DNA of 64,000 bases from Chitinophagales bacterium (lineage in GTDB: Bacteria > Bacteroidota > Bacteroidia > Chitinophagales > LD1), in assembly GCA_044228065.1 (NCBI GenBank), contig JBGAVP010000006.1:24077-88076 (forward strand), read 5' to 3'. The notes below the pieces were generated by a model. It saw only the letters and a program-made list of their open reading frames with translations, was not told the origin of the DNA and did no database searches. The position numbers and the translations under genes are program-made. This document shows, piece after piece, positions 20,165 to 30,948 of this stretch (position 1 is the stretch's first letter; every line of letters starts with the position of its first letter).

Positions 20165-20167
20165 AAA

Positions 20168-21292
20168 GTGGAAGAAACCAGAAAATCGGCAGAGGAATTT
20201 CTCCAACTGATTAAACAATCAAGGCGAGGAAAATTCAAGATTTACATTGGCATGAGTGCTGGTGTGGGCAAGACTTACAGAATGTTGCAAGAAGCGCATT
20301 CACTGCTGAAAAATGGAATTGATATCAAAGTAGGTTACATAGAAACACATTTTAGAAAAGAAACCCATGAGCTTTTAGAAGGACTACCCATAATCCCTCG
20401 CAGAAAACTTTTCTATAAAGGAAAAGAATTGGAGGAACTGGATCTTCAAGCAGTTATCAATCTGAGACCTGAAGTGGTAATAGTAGATGAACTAGCTCAC
20501 ACAAACATAGAAGGAAGTAAGCATGAGAAACGCTGGCAAGATGTATTGGAAATTTTAGAGGCTGGCATCAATGTGATAAGTGCAGTAAACATTCAGCATA
20601 TTGAAAGTTTGAATGATGAAGTAAAGACTATCACTGGCATTGAGGTCACTGAACGAATTCCCGACAAAGTCTTAGCACTAGCCGATGAAGTGGTAAATAT
20701 TGACTTAACTGCCGATGAATTGATTGTGCGATTGAAAGAGGGGAAAATTTATCAGCAAGAAAAAATTCAAGCAGCACTCAATAATTTTTTCAAGCCAGAA
20801 CATATACTACAGTTGCGTGAATTGGCACTGAAAGAAGTGGCATCACAAGTAGAAAGAAAGGTAGATAAGGAAGTGCCCAAAAATATTGCTCTACGTCATG
20901 AAAAATTTATGGCATGCATCAGTAGCAACGAGAAGACAGCCAAAAATGTAATTCGTAAAACAGCCCGACTTGCCAGTTACTACAATGCAAAATGGATGGT
21001 ACTCTATGTTCAGACACCCACTGAAAGTCCCGATAATATTGCGTTAGATAAGCAGCGACACTTGATTAATAATTTCAAACTTGCCACAGAACTGGGAGGT
21101 GAAGTGATTCAAACACAAGGAAAAAATGTACCATTAGCGATGCTAGAACAGGCAGTAGAAAAAGAAATCACAACACTGTGCATTGGCAAGCCTCATCTAA
21201 CGTTGCTCAAAATAATTTTAGCTACCAATCTTTTTAATGAATTACTGAGTAGATTATCTAGTTCAGATATTGATTTAATTGTTTTATCCTAA
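20168..21292 (+). CDS. kdpD: KdpD N-terminal sensor domain plus USP domain protein (stand-alone, no kinase core)
   Basis: GTG start. KdpD_N Walker-like motif (KIYIGMSAGVGKTYRMLQEA), then VIVDELAHTN and NIQHIESLND, followed by a USP-like C-terminus. No HisKA or HATPase region. Confidence 0.85.
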   Translation: MEETRKSAEEFLQLIKQSRRGKFKIYIGMSAGVGKTYRMLQEAHSLLKNGIDIKVGYIETHFRKETHELLEGLPIIPRRKLFYKGKELEELDLQAVINLRPEVVIVDELAHTNIEGSKHEKRWQDVLEILEAGINVISAVNIQHIESLNDEVKTITGIEVTERIPDKVLALADEVVNIDLTADELIVRLKEGKIYQQEKIQAALNNFFKPEHILQLRELALKEVASQVERKVDKEVPKNIALRHEKFMACISSNEKTAKNVIRKTARLASYYNAKWMVLYVQTPTESPDNIALDKQRHLINNFKLATELGGEVIQTQGKNVPLAMLEQAVEKEITTLCIGKPHLTLLKIILATNLFNELLSRLSSSDIDLIVLS

Positions 21293-21302
21293 GTAAAAAG
21301 CA

Positions 21303-22988
21303 ATGAAAATAAAAACGAAAATACGCTTTGGATTACTCTTCCTTTTAGTCATCATTATGACGTTAGCTTTTACAGGAAGCTACTATATAAATAAGCTTGC
21401 AGACATATCTTCTTCTGCTGTCAAAAACAATTACGAAACATTGCAGTACACCAAAAACATGATACAAGCAATGGACGAAGGCAACAATGAAGAAGCACAC
21501 AAAAAGTTTGAAGAGAACCTGCTCAGGCAAGAGCATAACATTACAGAAGTGGGCGAAAAGGAAGCTACACAAGACATTCGTAATATTTTTGAATTATACA
21601 AAAGCGATAAAAGAGATAGTGCCACTGAATCTTCACTTATCAGAAATATTCTCAGAGTACAAACACTGAATATGGATGCCATTAAAAACAAGAGTATAGC
21701 TGCTACCGAAACTACCCGTCAGGTATTTGCTTACATTACTATACTAGGCACTATTTGCTTCTTGTTGAGCTTCACATTTGTTGTCAATTTCCCAGGTATG
21801 ATTGCCAATCCTATCACTACGCTCACAGATAGTATTCGTCAGATAGCTAACAAAAACTACAAGGAACGTTTGAATTTTTTTTCACAAGATGAGTTCGGAG
21901 ATGTGGCTACGGCATTTAATTCCATGGCTGCCAAATTGGAGGAGTTTCAAAACAGCAGTTTATCAAAATTGATGTTTGAAAAAAGTAGAATTGAAGCCAT
22001 CATCAACAATATGCAAGATGCCATAATAGGCCTAGATGAAAAGAGAAATATCCTATTTATAAATGAAGTGGCAGAAAATTTACTAATGCTCAAAAAGAAA
22101 GAAGTATTAGGAAAATATGCGCCAGATATAGCATTACGAAACGATTTGTTACGGAATCTGCTCAACAAAGAGGTGAGCAACGATTTGAAAATATTTGCCA
22201 ATAATCAAGAAAGTTTTTTTACTAAGAATTACCGAATAGTAACCAGTGATGATAAAATAATAGGAGAAGTGATAGCCATGCACAATGTAACTCCCTTTAA
22301 AGAATTAGATTCTGCCAAAACAAATTTCATTGCTACTGTTTCACATGAATTTAAAACGCCAATCTCCTCTATCAAAATGAGTGTACAATTATTAGAAAAC
22401 GAACAAATAGGCACACTCAATGAAGAACAAAAAAATCTATTGGACAGTATCAAAGATGATGCTGGCAGACTACTGAAAATAACCGCTGAATTGCTCAATA
22501 TGACACAAGCAGAAAGTGGGAATATTCAATTGTCTATATTACCATCCGACCCTAGAGAAATATTATCGTATGCCATCAATGCTACTAAAAACCAAGCAGA
22601 CCAAAAGCATATAAAATTTGAAATTAATTACTCTGAAAACTTAAATAAAGTACAAGCCGATACAGAAAAGACAGCTTGGGTTTTGACAAATCTTATATCG
22701 AATGCTATTCGGTATTCGAATGAAAATTCCATCATTTTATTAAGCATTTCGCAGATAGGTGACAAGGTAGTGATTGCTGTAAAAGATACAGGACAAGGCA
22801 TCGCAGAACAATACAAGAGCAAAATTTTTGAACGCTACTTTAGAGTGCCAGGGACTAACAAAGAAGGTACTGGTCTAGGCTTAGCAATTAGTAAAGAATT
22901 TATAGAAGCACAAGGGGGAAGCATAGCTGTAGAAAGCGAAGAAGGCATTGGAAGCACATTCACAGTTACACTAAACTGTATGGGTTGA
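21303..22988 (+). CDS. membrane sensor histidine kinase (HAMP-PAS-HisKA-HATPase)
   Basis: TM segments, an H-box (TVSHEFKTPISSI), an N-box (LTNLISNAIRY) and G-boxes (DTGQGI, GTGLGLAISK). Confidence 0.85.
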   Translation: MKIKTKIRFGLLFLLVIIMTLAFTGSYYINKLADISSSAVKNNYETLQYTKNMIQAMDEGNNEEAHKKFEENLLRQEHNITEVGEKEATQDIRNIFELYKSDKRDSATESSLIRNILRVQTLNMDAIKNKSIAATETTRQVFAYITILGTICFLLSFTFVVNFPGMIANPITTLTDSIRQIANKNYKERLNFFSQDEFGDVATAFNSMAAKLEEFQNSSLSKLMFEKSRIEAIINNMQDAIIGLDEKRNILFINEVAENLLMLKKKEVLGKYAPDIALRNDLLRNLLNKEVSNDLKIFANNQESFFTKNYRIVTSDDKIIGEVIAMHNVTPFKELDSAKTNFIATVSHEFKTPISSIKMSVQLLENEQIGTLNEEQKNLLDSIKDDAGRLLKITAELLNMTQAESGNIQLSILPSDPREILSYAINATKNQADQKHIKFEINYSENLNKVQADTEKTAWVLTNLISNAIRYSNENSIILLSISQIGDKVVIAVKDTGQGIAEQYKSKIFERYFRVPGTNKEGTGLGLAISKEFIEAQGGSIAVESEEGIGSTFTVTLNCMG

Positions 22989-23020
22989 TTGAAATATATC
23001 CGTTTAAAAAAAAGCAAACC

Positions 23021-23641
23021 TTACGGCACATTCAGATACTTATGAATCTGTAAGGATATTTCCCATTGTTGATTTTCCTTGACATACTCTATCAACATGG
23101 GTACGAGTTCTTCTTCTTGCTCCCATTCTGGTGCAAGATAGAGCTTGCATTGAGCATTCACTTTTGCTTCAAATTGTTCAGCCCATTTAAAATCATTTCT
23201 ATGATTGATGACAATTTTTAGTTCATGAGCCTTTGGTAAATTTTCTTCTAATGGAAGTTTGTATCGTTTAGGTGAAATCGTTATCCAGTCAAAGTTCCCG
23301 AGAATAGGATAGGCGCCAGATGTTTCTACATGAGTTCGAATATTGTTCCTCTGAAGAGCAGTTGTCAGCTCTGTCAAATCATACATGAGTGGCTCTCCGC
23401 CAGTGATGACACATATTTTCGCACCCGACTCCACTACATATTGTACCATTTCACTGATAGCTATTTTAGGATGAGCAGCAGCATCCCAACTTTCTTTTAC
23501 ATCGCACCATGGGCAACCTACATCACAGCCACCTAATCGAATGAAATAAGCAGCTTTCCCTTGATAGTAGCCTTCTCCTTGTATGGTGTAGAAGTGCTCC
23601 ATCAAAGGAAGTGAAGTGGCTATATTGGGTGTGCTTATCAT
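23021..23641 (-). CDS. queE: 7-carboxy-7-deazaguanine synthase (radical SAM)
   Basis: The QueE N-terminus FYTIQGEGYYQGKAAYFIRLGGCDVGCPWCDVKESW carries a CxxxCxxC-type cluster motif. Confidence 0.85.
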   Translation of the reverse strand: MISTPNIATSLPLMEHFYTIQGEGYYQGKAAYFIRLGGCDVGCPWCDVKESWDAAAHPKIAISEMVQYVVESGAKICVITGGEPLMYDLTELTTALQRNNIRTHVETSGAYPILGNFDWITISPKRYKLPLEENLPKAHELKIVINHRNDFKWAEQFEAKVNAQCKLYLAPEWEQEEELVPMLIEYVKENQQWEISLQIHKYLNVP

Positions 23642-24621
23642 TCAGATTTCAATTCAAAGATATCGCGATTGTAGATGGCATTTTTCCAATCTACAACATC
23701 ATTTTCTACAGGCAAAATAATAGATAATGGAGTAGTATCTCCTTCAGTATAGTAGTTAATTTGTAAGGCAAAACCAGTAATATCTTTAGTTGTATAATGC
23801 TCGTCCAACTTAGTCAGAATAACACTTTTGCCATCATTGGTAAGTGAATTACCTGATTCTTTCACCATCATCATTTGCATTTCAGGAGTGTATGCAGGTA
23901 TTTTTTTATTGCCTTTGAGATGAATGGAAATTTTGCTCAGATTCTCTTTGGTTGAAACATAATTTACTTCTGCAAAATCGGTAGGTTTTCCAGCTTCTTG
24001 CGTTCCCATTTGAGACAGATATCCAAAAAATCTTTTGTGAGATGTATTCGGAATTAGCACTCTCAGCTCGCCATAAGTGTACGACATTAATTTTTCACCC
24101 GAAAGAAGACTAAAGAGTGAATACGTATTCTCTGACGAATCACCTATAGCATCAGTTTGTGCTATTAAAACCTTGCTAGAGTAGTCAATATCATTAGCTG
24201 TGATCGATTTTTGCCAATCTACTTTCACTTTATTTTTAGAATCCAAACTATTAGCTGAAACCGTGTATGATGCTGTGTTGGCAGCACCTTGTTGCAATAC
24301 TTCACTCTTTACCACTTTGAGTAATAAATCAAACTTATTCTCATTGTCAATCACCGAAACAATATCGTAAGAAGCATTGCTCTTTACAAAAATTGGTTGA
24401 CCATCTTTACCTATATAGGATTGAATAGAAGAAACAGCACTATCTGCAAACTGTTGTTGTGCATCTATTTTTAGGGAAGATTTAGAGGAATTGTTGCAAG
24501 AAGAGGTGAAAAATAACAGACCTAAGACTAATGACGAAAGACCAAGTTTGGAGTTCGAAATCTGAAATCTGACTTCTGAAATCTGACTTTTAAAGTCCGT
24601 CAACTGATTACGCAACTTCAT
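23638..24621 (-). CDS. hypothetical lipoprotein
   Basis: 327-aa ORF with the lipobox LLFFTSSC after an unusually long n-region. It overlaps folD by 14 nt and queE by 4 nt, suggesting an operon. Confidence 0.55.
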   Translation of the reverse strand: MKLRNQLTDFKSQISEVRFQISNSKLGLSSLVLGLLFFTSSCNNSSKSSLKIDAQQQFADSAVSSIQSYIGKDGQPIFVKSNASYDIVSVIDNENKFDLLLKVVKSEVLQQGAANTASYTVSANSLDSKNKVKVDWQKSITANDIDYSSKVLIAQTDAIGDSSENTYSLFSLLSGEKLMSYTYGELRVLIPNTSHKRFFGYLSQMGTQEAGKPTDFAEVNYVSTKENLSKISIHLKGNKKIPAYTPEMQMMMVKESGNSLTNDGKSVILTKLDEHYTTKDITGFALQINYYTEGDTTPLSIILPVENDVVDWKNAIYNRDIFELKSE

Positions 24622-25486
24622 GTTTGTATGCTTTTAGAGTATTTAATAAAAGCGAAACAACTGTCATAGGACCTACTCCACCTGGCACAGGAGTGATGGC
24701 TGAGGCTTTCAAAGATACTTCATCAAATTTCACATCCCCCTTTAATCTCCAGCCATTTTTAGCTGTGGCATCTGTAACACGCGTGGTGCCTACATCAATG
24801 ATTACTGCTCCCTCTTTTACCATATCAGCTGTGAGAAATTCTGGTTTGCCGAGTGCAGCAATAATGACATCTGCCTGCAAGCAGATTTCCTTTAGATTTT
24901 TTGTTTTGGAATGACAAAGAGTGACGGTTGCATTGCCTACTTTAGAATTATTGCTCATCAAAATACTCATAGGTCTTCCGACTATGTTACTTCTACCTAT
25001 CACCACACAATGTTTGCCAGAAGTTTCAATATGATATCGTTCCAAAATTTTTGTAATACCAAGTGGTGTAGCTGAAATATAGGATGGCAGACCAAGAGAG
25101 GTCTTCCCAACATTCACAGGATGAAAACCATCTACATCCTTTTTTGGGTCTATTGCCATAATTATTTTATCGGCATCTATATGTTTCGGCACTGGCAACT
25201 GAACGATAAATCCGTCAATTTCACTATTCTCATTCAGCTTTCTCACTTCATTTAAGAGTTCCTCTTCCGTCACAGAATCAGAAAAACGCAACAATGTAGA
25301 TTGAAAACCTACTTGCTCACAAGACTTCACCTTATGCCCTACATAGGTTTCACTACCACCATCATTTCCCACCAATATTGCAGCTAAGTGTGGTGCACGT
25401 TTTCCTGTTTCAGTAATTGTTTTCACCTCAGCAGCTATTTCTGCTTTTAGTTCATCTGCCAGTTTTTTTCCGTCTAATAAAATCAT
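24608..25486 (-). CDS. folD: bifunctional methylenetetrahydrofolate dehydrogenase / methenyl-THF cyclohydrolase
   Basis: FolD motifs throughout ([49 protein letters not shown]). Confidence 0.92.
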   Translation of the reverse strand: MILLDGKKLADELKAEIAAEVKTITETGKRAPHLAAILVGNDGGSETYVGHKVKSCEQVGFQSTLLRFSDSVTEEELLNEVRKLNENSEIDGFIVQLPVPKHIDADKIIMAIDPKKDVDGFHPVNVGKTSLGLPSYISATPLGITKILERYHIETSGKHCVVIGRSNIVGRPMSILMSNNSKVGNATVTLCHSKTKNLKEICLQADVIIAALGKPEFLTADMVKEGAVIIDVGTTRVTDATAKNGWRLKGDVKFDEVSLKASAITPVPGGVGPMTVVSLLLNTLKAYKHEVA

Positions 25487-25555
25487 GTATCTCTTTTTGA
25501 TATGTGAACAGTAACTATTTTGAAAAGGGTGAAACTTTACCAGCTTCTAATTATC

Positions 25556-27241
25556 TTAATCATCTAATTTTAAAACGGCAATGAATGCTTCTTGTGGTAC
25601 TTCTACTTTACCAAATTGACGCATTCTCTTTTTTCCTTTTTTCTGTTTGTCTAGTAATTTTCTTTTACGTGACACGTCACCACCGTAACATTTAGCAGTC
25701 ACATCCTTACGCATAGCAGAGATACTTTCACGAGCTATGATTTTGGCTCCAATAGCAGCTTGTATTGGAATCATAAACATTTGTCTCGGTATAATTTCTT
25801 TCAACTTTTCGCACATTCTTCTTCCGAAATCCTCTGCCTTAGAACGGTGAATCATACAACTAAATGCATCTACTACCTCTGCATTCAAGAGAATATCCAT
25901 TTTTACCAAATCACCAGGTCGGTAATCAATAGGAGAATAATCAAACGATGCATATCCACGAGAAATGGATTTTAATTTATCATAAAAGTCAAAGACAATT
26001 TCCGCCATAGGCATCTCAAACGAAAGCTCTACACGATCTTCAGTAAGGTAATGTTGATTTTGTAAAATGCCACGTTTGTCCATACACAAGCTCATGATAG
26101 CACCAATATATTCGGGCTTAGTAATCACTTGCGCTTTAATATATGGCTCTTCTATTCTATCTACACGCGATACATCCGGCATATCGGCAGGGTTACGAAT
26201 AAGAATTTTTTCTTCATTGGTTAGATATGCCCAATAACTCACCTGAGGTACAGTAGTGATTATAGTCATATCAAACTCGCGCTCCAATCGCTCTTGTACA
26301 ATCTCAAGATGCAATAGACCTAAGAAACCACAACGAAAGCCAAAGCCTAATGCTACAGAGCTTTCTACTTCATACACCAGAGAGGCATCATTTAATTGCA
26401 ATTTTTCTAAGGAGTCTCTTAAGTCTTCATAGTCATCGTTATCTATGGGGTAAATACCTGCAAATACCATTGGTTTTACATCTTCAAAACCATGAATAGC
26501 TTCAGGGCATGGATTGTTAAATCCAGTAATGGTATCGCCTACTTTAATCTCTTTAGCGTTTTTTACACCAGTTATCACATAGCCTACATCACCTGTCTTT
26601 ACTTCATTTCGGGGCTCCATATCCATGCGCAAAATACCCACCTCATCAGCATTGTAAGCATTGGCGGTGTGAAAGAATTTTATCTTTTCTCCTTTCTTGA
26701 TAGAACCATCTAATACACGATAGTAAGCAATCACACCTCTAAAGGAATTGAAAACCGAGTCAAATATCAATGCACGTAAAGGCGCATCAGGATTTCCTTT
26801 AGGGGCTGGAATGCGATCAATAATAGCATCTAAAAGTAAATCTACTCCTTCACCTGTTCTACCGCTGGCACGAATTATCTCCTCACGTTTGCAACCTACT
26901 AAGTTTATCATTTGGTCTTCTACAAACTCTGGATTGGCTCCAGGCATATCTATTTTGTTAATCACTGGAATGATAGTCAAACCCTGATCTACCGCCAAAT
27001 ACAGATTCGAGATAGTTTGTGCTTGTATTCCTTGTGAAGCATCTACTAAAAGCAATACGCCTTCACAAGCCGCTAAAGAACGAGACACCTCATACGAAAA
27101 ATCTACGTGCCCAGGAGTATCTATCAAGTTCATTACATATTTCACACCACCTCTGGCAAAGTCCATTTGTATGGCGTGGCTCTTAATAGTGATACCACGT
27201 TCGCGTTCTAAATCCATATTATCCAAGACAGTATCCATCAT
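25556..27241 (-). CDS. lepA: elongation factor 4 (LepA), longest intact ORF; it lacks the G1/P-loop (see the 5' fragment below)
   Basis: [31 protein letters not shown] and the LepA-specific C-terminal domain are present. The ORF starts at an internal Met, downstream of where the P-loop should be. Confidence 0.85.
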   Translation of the reverse strand: MMDTVLDNMDLERERGITIKSHAIQMDFARGGVKYVMNLIDTPGHVDFSYEVSRSLAACEGVLLLVDASQGIQAQTISNLYLAVDQGLTIIPVINKIDMPGANPEFVEDQMINLVGCKREEIIRASGRTGEGVDLLLDAIIDRIPAPKGNPDAPLRALIFDSVFNSFRGVIAYYRVLDGSIKKGEKIKFFHTANAYNADEVGILRMDMEPRNEVKTGDVGYVITGVKNAKEIKVGDTITGFNNPCPEAIHGFEDVKPMVFAGIYPIDNDDYEDLRDSLEKLQLNDASLVYEVESSVALGFGFRCGFLGLLHLEIVQERLEREFDMTIITTVPQVSYWAYLTNEEKILIRNPADMPDVSRVDRIEEPYIKAQVITKPEYIGAIMSLCMDKRGILQNQHYLTEDRVELSFEMPMAEIVFDFYDKLKSISRGYASFDYSPIDYRPGDLVKMDILLNAEVVDAFSCMIHRSKAEDFGRRMCEKLKEIIPRQMFMIPIQAAIGAKIIARESISAMRKDVTAKCYGGDVSRKRKLLDKQKKGKKRMRQFGKVEVPQEAFIAVLKLDD

Positions 27242-27271
27242 CTCTCGCTCCGAAACAGTCTTGGTTGTTTA

Positions 27272-27346
27272 AATCAGTCGGTCAGCCAACGTTCTCTTGC
27301 CGTGGTCAATGTGGGCGATTATGCAGAAGTTCCTTATATTTTCCAT
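27272..27346 (-). pseudogene. lepA: detached 5' fragment of lepA (25 codons), separated from the main ORF by an in-frame TAA
   Basis: It translates to [25 protein letters not shown], followed by TAA at 27269-27271, then [14 protein letters not shown] in the same frame as the main ORF. Confidence 0.65.
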
Positions 27347-27461
27347 AGTCCGCGAAAATAGGCAATAATGGAAGAAAAGAAAGGGAGAATTTAAGAAGTT
27401 TGATTTTTGATTTTAGATTTGCTTTGGTCACTACATTTAACTATTCAACAATTAACGAAAA

Positions 27462-27785
27462 ATGCCTCGCCCCATCCGACAAAACGAACTTGAACTATTA
27501 GCCTTTCTCTTGCAGCAAATACAAATGAAACTAGAAGATTTCACAATCAGTGAGTTGGTAGATGAATATGAAGGCGGGAAAATGGGGAGTATCAGTTTGG
27601 GTGGTGATGTGAATGCCTATGCAGGGGATTTGGTCAAGGTAGAATATACTGATATAGATGGAACGGATGTAGTAATTACCTTGACTAAAGACGATAAAAA
27701 CCAATTACTGGATTTAGATTTTTGGAAAGTTGATTTTTCTAAATTGTTAGAATATCCTACCCCAGATAAGGTGAGAGTAGTTTGA
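27462..27785 (+). CDS. hypothetical small cytoplasmic protein
   Basis: 107-aa ORF with no recognisable motif. Confidence 0.45.
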   Translation: MPRPIRQNELELLAFLLQQIQMKLEDFTISELVDEYEGGKMGSISLGGDVNAYAGDLVKVEYTDIDGTDVVITLTKDDKNQLLDLDFWKVDFSKLLEYPTPDKVRVV

Positions 27786-27793
27786 AAAAGAAT

Positions 27794-28522
27794 TTAACTA
27801 TTCCAAATCCTCCAATTCTCTTCTGCTTGTAACACTAGCATTTCGTAGCCGTTTTTTACAGAGGCCCCTTGAGCTTTTCCATTTTTCAGAAACAAAGTTT
27901 CAGCAGGGTTGTACACTAAATCGAAAAGAAAATGTGCAGGTGAAATAAACGGATAGGGGATAGGCGCACAGTCACTCTCATTAGGAAACATTCCTAGTGG
28001 AGTGGTATTAACAATGAGTAGGTGTTCTGAAATAATTTCTTGATTCAAATCAGAGAAAGTAAATACTTCTGAAGTCTTTCTGCGCGATACAAAATTGAAC
28101 TCAATTCCCAATTCTTTTAGTGCATAACTTACTGCCTTAGAGGATCCACCCGTGCCAATTATAAGCGCTTTTGGTTTGTGCTTTCCAATCAAATTTTTGA
28201 GTGATTCTCTAAACCCATGCACATCAGTATTGTAGCCTTTGCGTTTTCCATTTTCAAACTTTATAAGGTTCACAGCACCTATTTCTTCTGCAATAGAATC
28301 TAGTTCATCTAAATATTCAATTACTTGCTGTTTGTAGGGTATTGTTACATTAAGTCCAGATAAATTTTGCCCATCAACAAGGGCAGGAAAATCCTCAATA
28401 CTTTCTATTGGAAAGTTTAAATATTGTGCATCTCGAATATTTTCTTTCGAAAATTTTTCCTCAAAATAACGCACTGAAAAGGAGTGTGAGAGCGGAAATC
28501 CTATTAAACCAAAAGTGCGCAT
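27794..28522 (-). CDS. aroE: shikimate dehydrogenase
   Basis: FGLIGFPLSHSFSVRYF, the NVTIPYK motif and the NAD(P)-binding IIGTGGSSKAV. The ATG at 28522 is preferred because the longer ORF overlaps dedA. Confidence 0.8.
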   Translation of the reverse strand: MRTFGLIGFPLSHSFSVRYFEEKFSKENIRDAQYLNFPIESIEDFPALVDGQNLSGLNVTIPYKQQVIEYLDELDSIAEEIGAVNLIKFENGKRKGYNTDVHGFRESLKNLIGKHKPKALIIGTGGSSKAVSYALKELGIEFNFVSRRKTSEVFTFSDLNQEIISEHLLIVNTTPLGMFPNESDCAPIPYPFISPAHFLFDLVYNPAETLFLKNGKAQGASVKNGYEMLVLQAEENWRIWNS

Positions 28523-28526
28523 GTAT

Positions 28527-29174
28527 TTATTTAGAAGATGGGAATCTTGCTTTAAAGGCTCCAATTATAATTGGCAATACCGATAAGCCTATAATTCCAA
28601 AAACTACTATTTCAAAATTATTTTTTACCAAAGGAATATTCCCAAAAATATAACCCAATAAAGTAATACCCACTACCCATACAATAGCACCAATTATACA
28701 ATTAAGGATATACTTAGAATAGGTCATACTGCCCGCTCCCGCTACAAAAGGAGCAATAGTGCGAACAATAGGTACGAAGCGAGCCATGATAACAGTTTTG
28801 CCTCCATATTTTTCATAAAACTCATGTGTTTGTTCAATGTATTCTCTTTTAAAGAAAAGGATGCGCTCTTTCGATTTAATATAATCGCCAAAGAATTTTC
28901 CTACAAAATAATTGACATTGTCACCCAGTAGAGCGGCACAAATTAAAAGCGGAATAACTATCCAAACATTAAGCGCACCAGTAGCTGCAGCTAATGCTCC
29001 AGCAGCAAAGAGCAGTGAATCGCCAGGTAATAGAGGCATCACTATTAAGCCTGTTTCTACAAAAATAATTAGGAACAAAATGGCATAGCTGAGTGTGCCG
29101 TAATTATTGACAATATCAGTTAAGTGTTTGTCTAAATGTAAAATGAAGTCTATTAAAAAGTGTATAATTTCCAT
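28527..29174 (-). CDS. DedA-family inner-membrane protein
   Basis: DedA/SNARE-associated signature (ETGLIVMPLLPGDSLLFAAGALA ... GGKTVIMARFVPIVRTIAPFVAGAG). Confidence 0.85.
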   Translation of the reverse strand: MEIIHFLIDFILHLDKHLTDIVNNYGTLSYAILFLIIFVETGLIVMPLLPGDSLLFAAGALAAATGALNVWIVIPLLICAALLGDNVNYFVGKFFGDYIKSKERILFFKREYIEQTHEFYEKYGGKTVIMARFVPIVRTIAPFVAGAGSMTYSKYILNCIIGAIVWVVGITLLGYIFGNIPLVKNNFEIVVFGIIGLSVLPIIIGAFKARFPSSK

Positions 29175-29217
29175 AAGTGCGAATGTAAGAAAATTGTGAA
29201 ATGTGCTGGTAGTAACA

Positions 29218-30912
29218 CTAATTTTTAACCACCCACTTAATTCTGGGACTATTTAAATAAGGTGGATAGAAATTGTAAGAAACACAAATTAGCAAATAGT
29301 AAGTTCCTGCTTTGCTGGGTGATTGTATGTTTACTGCCATCTTTTTTTGATTCAAAGCATCTATCAATTTTATGTTGGTAGCACTATCGCTTAGTAAATG
29401 CTTGTTATCATCATAAAAAAGATACCGAATAATGGCACGCTCTTTTAAGTGATTTACGGTATCCGTTAAGTGAAATTCGCAATTTACTTTTTTAAGCTCA
29501 TTTACGCTGCTTGTGTACTCTGTTTGCTCTGGTGTAATTACCACTTTGGAGTAGGAATAAAAACTGTCGCAAACAATTCCCTGATAATTTTCGATTGGGG
29601 TTTTAAACGATTCAAAGCTAATGGCATTGCCAGGAACCATGCCCCACAGCGAATAGAAATAGATTTGTTTGCCTTGAATAGAATCTTCTAAATCTAACAG
29701 ACTGAATTGATTTTTTCGGCCCAAAGCATTGTTTAGCGAAATAGCTACTTTCCCTGTGTAGAACATATATTTAGAAGCCAATTGGTATGAGTTGGCAAAA
29801 ACAACAGGGCGGTCTCCAGCGCGAGATGCTATGGTGTCGGCCCATGCATTATAGTGGTGACAATCGGTGTGAAGATGCAAAGCATCTACAGCTTTGTCGG
29901 AAATTAGTAACACGCGGGCAATAATAAAAATCAATAGAGAAATGGGAGCCAAGTAATAGAGCCATTTTCTTAGAAGACTGTTTTCTGCAAAAGTTTGATA
30001 ACTCAATATTATAAGTGGAAGAGAATTAATGGCTGTCCAATTAGCTTCGGTACGTCCCCTAAAACTACTCACAAAAAAGAACAAATAAACTCCCCACAAA
30101 AGATACTGAAGAGACTTGTGAAATTGTGATTTACTCTTGTTCTTGTAACTGGCGTAAATTAATAGGAATCCAGATGGAATGCCTGCCATAGCTAATTGTG
30201 AGTACAAGTAGTGAAGTGTAAAATCTATGGTATACAATTCGCGCGAACGCTCTTCAAACAAATGAAAACGGTAAGCAATAAAATCGTGTGAATATTGCCA
30301 ATACAGATGCGGCAGAAAAAATACTACACCGATAGCAATAGCTATATAAAATTTTGGGGAGCGCAGCAGTTTTAAATTTGACAGCAAAACAAAACCGAAA
30401 AGCAAAACAGCATGCTCTTTGCTATACAGTAAAAATGCTATTAAAACCCCTAGCAGAAAAGAGTTGAGATAGGTTTCTTCTTCCAAAAAGAATTTATAAA
30501 CCCAGAGAAAACAAGCACTAAAAAAGATAAGAGGAATATCAGGCACTGCGTAAAAAGAGGCTGCTACTAAGGGCGTGCAGCTTAATAGAAGTACTACAAA
30601 TAGTAAATTGTTTTTAGGATTTATTATTTTGTAAAGCACCCAAAAAGTAAGCCCACCCACTATTATAGAAACCAAGCGAACACCTAGTTCATTCTTAAAT
30701 AAACTGTATCCGATGCCTGTAAAAAGCCCAATCATGGGTGGATGATCAAAATAACCCCATGCTGGAAATTGACAATACAGCCAGTAGAGCGCTTCGTCAT
30801 TTATCAATTCTGTATTATATGCGCAAAGGCAGTTGAAAAGCAAGAATAAGCCTAACAATATTTTTAACGAGTCGATATTATTAAGTAATGATTTAATTTT
30901 TGGAAGTAACAT
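29218..30912 (-). CDS. polytopic GT-C glycosyltransferase (family 39 / ArnT / PMT_2-like)
   Basis: The N-terminal signature NDEALYWLYCQFPAWGYFDHPPMIGL, typical of ArnT/PMT_2 enzymes, followed by many TM helices. Confidence 0.7.
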   Translation of the reverse strand: MLLPKIKSLLNNIDSLKILLGLFLLFNCLCAYNTELINDEALYWLYCQFPAWGYFDHPPMIGLFTGIGYSLFKNELGVRLVSIIVGGLTFWVLYKIINPKNNLLFVVLLLSCTPLVAASFYAVPDIPLIFFSACFLWVYKFFLEEETYLNSFLLGVLIAFLLYSKEHAVLLFGFVLLSNLKLLRSPKFYIAIAIGVVFFLPHLYWQYSHDFIAYRFHLFEERSRELYTIDFTLHYLYSQLAMAGIPSGFLLIYASYKNKSKSQFHKSLQYLLWGVYLFFFVSSFRGRTEANWTAINSLPLIILSYQTFAENSLLRKWLYYLAPISLLIFIIARVLLISDKAVDALHLHTDCHHYNAWADTIASRAGDRPVVFANSYQLASKYMFYTGKVAISLNNALGRKNQFSLLDLEDSIQGKQIYFYSLWGMVPGNAISFESFKTPIENYQGIVCDSFYSYSKVVITPEQTEYTSSVNELKKVNCEFHLTDTVNHLKERAIIRYLFYDDNKHLLSDSATNIKLIDALNQKKMAVNIQSPSKAGTYYLLICVSYNFYPPYLNSPRIKWVVKN

Positions 30913-30948
30913 TAATCGTATTTGTAATTTTGTACGTGATAAATCATC

